From Antedon mediterranea (Eukaryota > Animalia > Echinodermata): a DNA stretch of 64,000 bases. The position numbers and the translations under genes were made by a program. The number at the start of each line of letters is the position of its first letter. Within the stretch, counting starts at the first letter, position 1. Positions 53,401-64,000 of this stretch are shown here, in pieces. The notes under the pieces were generated by a model. It made no database searches and was not told where the DNA came from. It saw only the letters and a list, made by a program, of their open reading frames with translations. Location: positions 15,881,045 to 15,945,044 of the forward strand of contig NC_092680.1 of NCBI RefSeq assembly GCF_964355755.1, written 5' to 3'.

Positions 53401-56400
53401 TGAAGAAGTGGCCAACATTTTAACAGGTTCGTAGGCCTAATAATAATTATATTTTAATCTGCCAGCAGTCTAGGCCTAGCCTAGGCTCCTTCCTAGTTAG
53501 TAATACTGTAGGCCTGGAACTAGTAGGTCTAGGCTAGCCTACTATGCCTGTACTGACGGACAGGTGTATAGGTTTAGCTTAGCATTTTAGTTCAGACATT
53601 GACAGAGAGGACAAATATTGTCGGACCTATTTCAGCTAGGTATAAGGAAGGCCTAATAATAGATAATACAATTATAATGTAACAGTTATTTTGTAATGTA
53701 GCCATGAAATATCTACGAAGGATTATATTATATACACATATTCCAATGAGAAATATAATGACATTTAAAAACACTTCTTTATATTTAATTAATTGTACAC
53801 ACTAAGTAATCCCCGAAGTGATCACATCGATATTGAAACTTAATGTTTTTAACTCTAAATTTAAAAAAAACATACTAAAAAAACAAACAAAAAACATACG
53901 TACTGCATAACTAAAATTGTTATATTAAATTTCTTTTAAAAAAACTGTGTTATTTACAATATCTTAAATTATTTGTTAGGTAATTGAAGAAGTTCGAAGG
54001 ATACTAATTATTACTAGGCAAAGAGGAATGAAATACAAAAGAAAGCTTTTTAAAAAAGTGCTTAGCAAATTTTTCCAAAGAAGAGAATAATATAGTTTAT
54101 TTTGGTATTTTAAAGAGAAACACCAGTCCTCCATCTGGTAAGTACAGTGTATGTTTTTGTACTTTTATCTATTCATAAATAGTTTTATAATGGACCAATG
54201 GTAGTGAGGAAAATACGTGTAAATATTGTGTACGTATTTTTAACAGCTTGGTTCGACTCAAGCTAGTGTCATGCACTCCTCCCTTTGACAACTAAAATTA
54301 AATAAATGACTTATGAATATTAATTTTTGACATATTAATGCTCTCCTGGCCAGCCCACCCTTTCCCCTTCCCTTTACATTGACCACCTACAAAACTGTAG
54401 GCTACATTATTAAAAATTTGAGCTACAGTATATCAAGTTTATGTCCATACATTATTCCACTCATTTAAATAAATTTATATAATATAATGTTTTCAATTTG
54501 TTATTTTTGGTTAGGTTCAAAGATAACCCATATGTTGTCAAATCTGTCAAACATATTTGTTGGGAAAAACTCATCAAAAAAAGTCTGCCGACCTTGAAGG
54601 TATTTAGTGTTTTTTAAAATTTAAAATACAAGTAACATTATGTACATTAAAAAAAAATATCTTAAAGTGTTTTTTTAAAATCAAATTTATCTTAGCTTAA
54701 AATTCAAGGTATATACTACAGTATGTTTACAATAATTTATTAAAATCAAACAATTGTTATTATAAACATTGATACGGAATAAAAACATCAATCAGGATTG
54801 AGCACCGTTTTGCGTATTGTCTTCCTAAATAGTAATATTAAAAATAAATTTAGACCCTAATAATTTAACTAAAAATAATAGATACAGCCAGGCCTGTCTT
54901 TGGGATCGGTATAAACAGGGCAAAGTTTGTGATTAAAAAGTTCAAATGCATATTCCACCCACCCTTATGTCTTATAATGTAAAATTATTCTTACCACCGT
55001 TCTAATATTGCGTCATGTTTTTGTGTTTACCGCCCCAGATATAGGACTCTAAAACCACACCGTACCCAATTAGTTGATGATGTTACACATATTTTAAATA
55101 CAGTAATAACTAAAACTATATTAATCTCTTTTCATGTTTAGGAACATGAATAAAGATCCAGAATCCTGGTCTTCACGCCGATCAGGTAATATGCCGGTAT
55201 TGCTTTTGGACACAGAAATGGCCTACATTAAAGTTTAGCAAACAATTCTAACTACAAAGAAAGCAAAATTAGATGAGGCTCTAGTTACTCTCCTCTCCAC
55301 TTTTTACCTTCTGGATTTCGATTATCCAAAATGAAAAGAAGTAGGCCTCACTATCCTATAACAGTTAGTGATTTGTGATGAAAACACACCTGTACACTTG
55401 ACAAAGGCTGTTGAATCATCATTAGTATACATTAATAAATTTAAAGACACCTAATAGTTTAAAGCCCAGGTGCGGGAGAAGAATTTTACGAAATTTGTAT
55501 TTTACCATTTTAATGTTTTTAAGTTTTCTTTTGATGGCATTTTATTATTAATAAAAACAAGTTTGTTTTAAAGAAGTTGTATATATTATTGTACCTAATG
55601 TCATGTAAATTGTAGTTCTTAATGAAAATAACAGTATTGTTAATATTATGTTTTATAACATTCTTGAATTTATTTGTTTAAGTAAAATATTACTTAAAAT
55701 GAGTATTCATTTATCGTTCTTAAAATAAATTTTTAATGATTTATATTTTATAGAATTCTTGTTTCAAGCAATTTTTTCCCAATATAAGTAAGAATTTACG
55801 AATTTTAATTTGATAGAATTCTTGTTTCAAGCAATACTTTTCTTAAAATAAGTAAACATTTACTGGTTTTTATTTGATAGACTTCTTGTTTACTTATTTT
55901 AAAAAAAAGTTTTGCTTGAAACAAGAATTCTACAAATAAAAATCGGAATATTCTTACTTATTTTAAGAAATATATTGCTTGAAACAAGAAAACTAAAAAT
56001 ATAAATCGGAATATTCTTACTTATTTTAAGAAAAATATTGCTTAAAACAAGAATTCGAAAAAATACAAACCGGAATATTCTTACTTATTTTAAGAAAAAT
56101 ATTGCTTGAAACAAGAATTCTACAAATAAAAATCGGAATATTCTTACTTATTTTAAGAAAAATATTGCTTGAAACAAGAATTCAAAAAATACAAATCGGA
56201 ATATTCTTACTTATTTTAAGAAAAATATTGCTTGAAACAAGAATTCAAAAAATACAAATCGGAATATTCTTACTTATTTTAAGAAAAATATTGCTTGAAA
56301 CAAGAATTCAAAAAATACAAATCGGAATATTCTTACTTATTTTAAGAAATATATTGCTTGAAACAAGAATATTAAAATTAAAAATCGGAATATTCTTACT

Positions 56401-57423
56401 TATTTTAAGAAAAATATTGCTTAAAACAAGAATTCTAAAAAATACAAATCGGAATATTCTTACTTATTTTAAGAAATATATTGCTTGAAACAAGAATTCT
56501 ACAAATAAAAATCGGAATATTCTTACTTATTTTAAGAAATATTTTGCTTGAAACAAGAATTCAAAAAATACAAATCGGAATATTCTTACTTATTTTAAGA
56601 AAAAAATTGCTTGAAACAAGAATTCAAAAAATAAAAATCGGAATATTCTTACTTATTTTAAGAAAAATATTGCTTGAAACAAGAATTCAAAAAATACAAA
56701 TCGGAATATTCTTACTTATTTTAAGAAAAATATTGCTTGAAACAAGAATTCAAAAAATAAAAATCGGAATATTCTTACTTATTTTAAGAAATATCTTGCT
56801 TGAAACAAGAATTCAAAAAAATACAAATCGGAATATTCTTACTTATTTTAAGAAATATATTGCTTGAAACAAGAATTCTATAAAATACAAATCGGAATAT
56901 TCTTACTTATTTTAAGAAATATCTTGCTTGAAACAAGAATTCAAAAAAATACAAATCGGAATATTCTTACTTATTTTAAGAAATATATTGCTTGAAACAA
57001 GAATTCTATAAAATACAAATCGGAATATTCTTACTTATTTTAAGAAATATATTGCTTGAAACAAGAATTCAAAAAAATACAAATCGGAATATTCTTACTT
57101 ATTTTAAGAAAAATATTGCTTGAAACAAGAATTCTATTTTAAAAAATCGATAAATTGTTACTTATTTTAAGACAGATACTGCTTAAAACAAGAATGAAAA
57201 AAGCAATTAAATTCTTGGTAAGAATATTGTTCTTAAAGTATTATTTCTTGGTAAGAATAATTTTCTTGATAAGAATTTGTGTGATTCTTGTTAAGAATTT
57301 TACGATTCTTGGTAAGCCAAAAAGTATTGAAATACGGACAAGTCAAAATTTACTTGTTTCAAGAAATATTTTGCTTGAAACAAGTTTTTTTTTTCTTAAA
57401 ACAAGAATCAGAATTTTGCTGTG
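50471..57423 (-). mobile_element. Non-autonomous EnSpm/CACTA DNA transposon, copy 2 (6953 bp), inserted in the peptidase domain
   Basis: CACAG...CTGTG termini with TSD CA/CA (50469-50470, 57424-57425). Reverse complement of copy 1 with few differences. Confidence 0.92.
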
Positions 57424-57824
57424 CACAACTGGACGCTTTTCTGCCACGGCTTTTAACGCTCCATTCACATCAACTTCTTTGCACTTTAATCTGTACTGTG
57501 GGCATATTTCATGTAACACCTTCAAATTTTGAGCTTCTTTAATGCCGTACTTGCTTATCATAATGTCACGAAGCTCTTCAAAACCAGTATAACCATCGTC
57601 TCGGCCCCGAATCCTATGCAAATCGAGGTGAATAACTGCTGCGGAAGCATTTGCATAACATGTCCCATCCTTTTGTTTATGTGCCTTAAAACTAGATCTG
57701 GTCCGATTAATGTAGATATTAAGGTCTATGGAAACTAATAAATGAGACAATGTATCTTGGCAACGGAGTGTATCCCGTGCTAACTTGCATACATCTTTTA
57801 GATGGTCGGGGTGATTTACATGAA

Positions 57825-60282
57825 ATCATTATAACATTACACCCTTATCAAAATATACCAAACCGTTCCAAAAACTATGCAAGCCCTAATCATACCTACA
57901 GAAATTTTAACGAAACAAATATTTCAAACATAAAAAACGGTTTGTCTAACATGAATTGGACTGGTGTTTATGGTACGGATGATCCTAATATTGCTTTACT
58001 TTCTTTTGAAACTGAATTTAAACGACTGTATGATAAACATTTTTCAATTCAAGAGCAGTCTGCAGGGAAAAAAAAAATAAAGACCTGGATGTCGGATGAA
58101 CTCTTAAATTCAATAAAGCATAAACAAAAACTGTATTCCAAATCCCTCCGCTATCCGAATGACAAAAACATAAATGAATATAAGCAATTCCGTAACTCCC
58201 TTAACTCTTTAATAAAATTAACTAAACGCGATTATTATGAAAAAAAAGTTTAAGCAGCAGACAGATAATATCAAAGGAACATGGTCAATTATAAATAGTC
58301 TCATAAAAACGAATGAAAGTAAGCATTTCGAAGAGTCCACTATAAATTGCGAAGGAAACTTAACGGAGGATCCCAACATAATTTCAAATCATTTTAATAA
58401 TTTTTTTGTTAATATTGGACCTACCCTCGCCAAAAATATAGACACATCTAATGCAAATTTTAAGGATTACCTCCCTACGCCATCCACAAATTCTTTATTT
58501 CTCAATCCTGTGACTGTTTTTGAGATTATGGATATTGTTATGCGCCTCAAAATTAGTAAAGCACCTGGCATTGATGATATTAACCATTATTAAACAACTT
58601 ATCCCTTTTATTTCTGAACCCCTCTGCTACATTTTCAATCCTTTTTTTTGTAAATGGCACCTTTCCTGACACCCTTAACTAGCTAAAGTAACTCCTAACT
58701 GGTGACAAATCTGATTCCAGTAATTACCGTCCTATATCAGTGCTACCGATCTTTTCCAAAATACTTGAACGCCTTATTTATGATCGAACATACAATTATA
58801 TTCAAAAAAATAATATACTTTACAAAAAACAATTTGGCTTTCGTAAGAACTATAATACATCCACCGCACTTCTTCAATTAACAAATGAAATTGTTGGAGC
58901 TTTCGAGAGGGGTGAATTTGCCATTGGTATTTTCATTGACCTCTCGAAGGCCTTTGATACAATTGATATCGATATTTTATTATATAAGTTACATAATTAT
59001 GGAATCCGTGGCCCTGTATATAATTTATTCGAAAGCTACCTTTCAAACCGCAAGCAATGCACTAAATTTAAACACACCCTTTCTGATTTTCTTCCTATTA
59101 TTTGTGGAATCCCTCAAGGTTCCCTGCTTGGGCCTCTATTATTTTTATTATACATAAATGATATCCATAATGCCTCAAATATGTTTTCTTTTCTGTTGTA
59201 TGCTGATGACACAACCCTAATTTACACTGATAAAAATACAGATTCCCTAGCCCTTTTTAAAATATCAACCGAAAATCTACCCAAAATTTTAACATACTTT
59301 TCAGCAAACAAACTTTCTGTTAATCTAAAGAAGTGCTGTTGTATGGTGTTCAAAAATTCACAAATACCACTAAATACTAGTACTTTTAAACTAAAAATTA
59401 AAAATCAATTAATTCCTATTGTTGAGAAAACTAAATTTCTTGGTGTTTATCTGGACTGTATAAGCTAAATTGGAAACATCAGATTACTCAAATCGAAAAC
59501 AAAATATCCAAAAGTTCTGGTATCATATATAGATTATCATCTTTCATCCCTCAAAACATACTCCGGATTCTTTACTGTTCACTAATCCTCCCTTACCTCA
59601 CTTACTGTAATATTATTTGGGGTAATACATACCCGTCCTACTTAAACAAACTGTTATTGATCCAAAAGAAAACCGTAAGATACATATCAAATGCTCCTCC
59701 TTTATCCCATTCCAATCCTTTATTTTCTTCATTTGGTCTTCTTAAAATCCAGGATATTAACCATCTTTAACAAAGTGTTTTCCTCTATTCATGGCTAAAC
59801 TCGATCCTGCCATCACACTTTGATGATTTATTTAGTTTCAATCTTAATTTTCATAACCACAGTACTCGGAGCGCAAATCAAATACGTATTACTTTTTTTA
59901 AAACTACTTCTTTTAAACATAGCATTAAGTTCACTGGTCCTAAACTCTGGGATAACGTACCAGTTAATATAAAAAGTGCTTTGTCTAAGAAGAGTTTTTC
60001 TTTTAAATTGAAACGGCACCTCTTATCTAGTTATGTTTAATTATCCTTTCACTCATTGTAGTTTTGATATTTAGTCTTTTCGGTACCCTGAAGTCTTCAT
60101 TACTGTTTTTGTCCTGTTTCCGGTTCCCGTGTTGTCCTGTTTTTGTTGTTTTTAGTTTCTATGGGCTGCCTTATACAAGCTTTGCTTTTTAGGAATGTTG
60201 CCCCTCTTATTTTAATAATTTTTGCTGTTAATTTTTATTTTCTATGAAAGACAAGAGAAATAAATGTTACTTTGATTGATTG
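57825..60282 (+). mobile_element. 5'-truncated, decayed CR1/L2-group LINE
   Basis: Motifs NYRPISVLPIFSKILERL, FIDLSKAFDTI, GIPQGSLLGPLLFLLYINDI and YADDT. AATAAA followed by a (TTGA)n tail. 5-bp TSD ATGAA (57820-57824 / 60283-60287). Frameshifts and stops. Confidence 0.92.
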
Positions 60283-61600
60283 ATGAACAAACAATTTTGT
60301 TTCATTGTTAGCTATGTCAATTTGCCAACCTTGCTTGATTAGGATCGCTCTGGTGACTAACTCTGTTGGAATTATAGAGCTTAAATCGAAAAGAAATTTA
60401 GCCCCTGCTTCCCAATCTCTTCCTTGATTACTAAACAGACGCTTTGGTTCAACATTTGTGGATCTGCAAATGTAGCAACCGACTACCGTCACCTCTGCAT
60501 CGCTAAGCTTTGATTTAATCAACTCTAAATTGCTTTTGTCTGTTGGATCTCCATCTGACAGTATGAACAGTAATTTGGAATAGTTTGGGTACGATGTCAT
60601 TGATATTTGGAACATTTCTGTTGCTTTTGCTAGTGCTGAATATAATGGTGTCCTTCCGTAAATAAATGGTTCAACAATCTTCAGTAATTATTTTGCTCTT
60701 TCTGTCGTAAGCTCATCTTCATTGACACAGCCATGAATAATTGTTGAGGCATCTTTTACTTTAAATAGAGACTCCTCACTTAATATTTTGAGACAAGATT
60801 CTTTAATACAACCTGAAGACATTGCCATTTCAACAACTGTTCTAATGTCTTCGGTGGTTGCTTCTTTTTCATCAACCGTTTTTGTGATAGCAGAAGAGGC
60901 CAGAAATAGAGGTAATCCTGCCATCGGGAACATAAGAGTTGTTACGCCAGATATTTATATATAACATTGAACCTTTCCCACATTAACAATTGTATTTTTG
61001 TCAATTGATCTACATGCTTTTGGTAAGTACTCATTTACAAATTTTCTTTTAAATGACTCGTTTGATTGAAGAGTATTCAAGATTAGCCTTGCATCCCTTT
61101 CGGAAACTACTTTCTTTATGGTTTCTTCCTTTGCCCATGATCTTATTGAATGTGCCCCATTATTCTCAAGTATACAAAAGCATTTTTCAATGGTAGCGTG
61201 TTTAGCTGGTCCGGCGTCACCACTGGTATACGTCTGGTTATGTTTAATTGATCCTAAGACATCGAATATATCTGGCTCTGCATTCGCTCCAACACCAACT
61301 GTAAAAACGCGACTACTGTTTGAAACGTCATGTTTAATTAAATCATCTGTCACCTTAAATACTGAGCGGGCCCAAGATCCTTCTTCGTTGTCAACATAAT
61401 CTCCAATGCTGTTTTCCATTGAACCAGATACATCTATTAAGACTCCAATACACACACAGACATGATGTCAGATCTTTAAGAATGGTTACAATTAGCAATT
61501 TTAATTGAATTGTCGTTATTGTTAATATTACATGATTTTAAATTAAAATGTGTTTAAACCTGGATATAATAAATATGTATGCAAAATTCCCCACCAAATA

Positions 61601-61730
61601 TGGTGGTCCTTTATGAGAGGAGGTGATCTCTTACGAGATGTGGGCGATTATGAGAAGCCGTCTCTTAACAGAGATGGTGATCGCTTACGAGATGTCCCTT
61701 TTTGAAAGTCGGTCGTTTACGAGAGGTGGA
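61601..61730. repeat. Degenerate short tandem repeats (GGTCGCTTACGAGAGGT-like), probable MITE remnant
   Basis: About six diverged TTA(C/T)GAGA units. Confidence 0.5.
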
Positions 61731-62582
61731 TAGACTGATAGCTAAATAAAGAAAACATGGACGTACGTTAAAATACGATCGTAAAATCCCATCCTATAAC
61801 CTTATGCGTATACGTTTAAAGTTTTGAGTTGTTACAGGACCCACATAATGTTTTCACTTTTTGGTATGATGACGTTATCAAAATCAAACATGAAGATGAT
61901 GAATGATTTTAGAAAAAAAATATAATATTTATAAGAAAATGGAACACTTAAAAGCACGCTCTTTTATACTTGTATAACTCTTACGAAAGGAATGCAAAAA
62001 CTACTGTTTAACTAAAACTGGCCATATGAAAATGTCACAACGGCCGATAGGCACAATCTTTATATTCAAATACGGTGAAGGTCAAATTACACGACTTACT
62101 TTATTGAAGTTGTTGGGCGTGATGAAGCCGCACATATAGGCATAAAATGGTTTGGAGCTGAGGTATAAACATTTGTAATTCCTGTACATTGCATTGATTT
62201 TTAAGACATTTTTCTTATGTTTCTATCGTTTATCCAACTATTTACTACACACAATTATCAGTGCGTTATTTAAAAAAAAAAGATACAGAACTCATGCGCA
62301 TGCTTTTTGTAATTAACAATATTATATCGATCGTTCGCGTTATGTTTAACGAATTTGATTTTTATATTTAAAGCTACCACAAGGTTAGTTTGTATGTTTA
62401 TCATAATTGTTATGTTCTGTTTTCCTGTAGCCATGGCTACTCATTTTATTATCCATTGATAATTCTATTGATGTAGGCGTCAAGATGGAAATTCCCATCT
62501 TGAAAGTTGTTCAAACATTTATTTAAACCTGTTTGGCAATGGCCCAAATGGACGAGACAACAAAAAGTAAAAACGCATAACG

Positions 62583-63100
62583 TTAAAGATGTATTGTCCC
62601 TTGAAACACAAAAAATGGAAAAAAAAAATATTCTAAATTTAAATTGGCCATATCAAAGTAATATTAAAGTTATTCACTTTAAGTCGAAAATTTGAGCCAA
62701 AAACAAGTTGAGGTAATTAACAGGTACATTAATTTAATTACATTTCGTCTGAAAAATCGTCACAAGCGAAAGTAAACAAAGATTTCAAACCATGAGTATG
62801 CATTATGCATGATGCTAATTAGGATTGTTTACAACTCGTTGCGGTTGAGAAGGTATTTTCACACAGATCGCGAAGAAGTTTTTTTATTATGCATACAGAG
62901 TAGCCAAACAAGCGCGTTGCATTATGAGATATGTTTTGATCGAAAACCTCGACTAGAAGTCAAAGTAATTTTTTGAACAAAAAACCGTCTGTATTTCGGT
63001 TAAAGATGTATTGTCCCCAAAAAATGAAAAATAAAGATGAAAAAAATCTAATTTTGAATAGACCGTTCTGTAGTTAACATAAAGTTATTCACTTCCACCG
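62583..63100 (+). mobile_element. Two direct copies of a probable DNA-transposon end (TTAA-AG..., Kolobok-like)
   Basis: TTAAAGATGTATTGTCCC occurs at 62583 and 63000, each followed ~80 nt later by TAAAGTTATTCACTT. No opposite end is seen in the window. Confidence 0.4.
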
Positions 63101-64000
63101 AAAAAAAATCCGAAAAAAATATTGATTTCGCTTATAAAAAATCAAAATAAGTTTACCATTTTTTCGAACTCATCGGCTCAGAAATTAGGCCGGTAGAGCT
63201 AACTCATACATATGCATGATATGTTAATGAGCATCCACACAGCAGAGATCTGATCTAACAATGGACGATGCACGTTGTATGTACACAACAACACCACCAG
63301 AGATCGACGCGACTCGACTGTGGGTTTCCCTGGCCTGATCGTATAAATATGTAAAGCTGAGCTGTTAATTTGTCGGTAAGTAGGCCTAGACGGTTATTTT
63401 AAATATAATAATACAGTATATATAACGCAATAATAACAGGAAGGTAAATTAATTAACTTAGCCTGAAATTTTTTCAGTTCAGGGCTAGGCCTAGAATAAT
63501 TAATACATGCTGCTGCATATTACTAGGCTAGTAGCAAGCAGACTGTGACAATCGGGTCCCTGCAGAAGATGCCCAGCTAGGCCCTATACATTGTACTCTT
63601 CATAGACTGGCCTAGGCTATATGCCATCAATCTTAGCTACATTCCGAAAATACAGCCAGCTTGCTGTACCATATATATTTACAGTTGAAGCTTGTTTAAC
63701 TAATTTTTATGATAAAAATAACATTTTTCAGGGAAAATGGTTGCAATACAAGCCTGAAATTGAGAACCTTCCAGCAGCACTGTACAAGTAGACAGAGGGG
63801 AAAAGCCAGCTTAGCCATTTTACAACACAAACAAATGTTCTCTGTACTGTAGTAAGTCAAATATTTATTTTCTCTTTTTATAAGTTATAACGTTATAAGT
63901 AATGTGTTTTAATTACCATAGAAAGGTAGTATACTTATTTGACTATGTCAAAGTAAGCAATTTCACTAGCCCAATTTTGCACTAAATAAATACTTTGCTT

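Larger units (their letters stand above)
49950..61463 (-). pseudogene. Intronless VWA + papain-like (clan CA) cysteine peptidase + C4 Zn-ribbon gene (~697 codons), disrupted
   Basis: Pieces 61463-60283, 57819-57424 and 50468-49950 join in frame after TE and TSD removal (KLFVH|VNHPD; KRPVV|ARFIL). MIDAS motifs DVSGS, GRTPL and ILSDG. Catalytic motifs QKDGTCYANA, GHAVVL and NSW..WGDMGFFRI. C-terminal CPLC..CPFC. Two in-frame TAA (60955, 60688) and a probable +2 (GT)n slip after the ATG. Confidence 0.88.

Noticed and set aside
57750-58253. 167-aa ORF as a stand-alone gene
   Set aside because: It is chimeric: the first ~25 codons are antisense of the peptidase pseudogene and the rest is LINE ORF2.

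Overview
AT-rich, repeat-dense eukaryotic (metazoan, probably invertebrate) genomic DNA. It is not prokaryotic, and most short ORFs in the track are spurious or come from repeats. There are two intact single-coding-exon host genes: a 3-Ig type I membrane receptor (22235-24124, +), with a probable alternative acidic terminal exon, and a class A GPCR (40740-41657, -). A third, intronless ~697-codon gene (VWA + papain-like cysteine peptidase + Zn ribbon; 61463->49950, -) reconstructs in frame once a CR1/L2-group LINE and an EnSpm/CACTA element are removed; it is now a pseudogene. Mobile elements include two near-identical ~6.9 kb non-autonomous EnSpm/CACTA copies in inverted orientation, a three-level nest (168-bp-TIR element > L1/Tx1 LINE > Helentron-type HINE), mini-HINEs, a MULE-like MITE, a 28-bp TIR-only element with a 7-bp TSD, and a tRNA-containing element in (TA)n. 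Everything was read by eye; family names rest on motif recognition, not on database searches.
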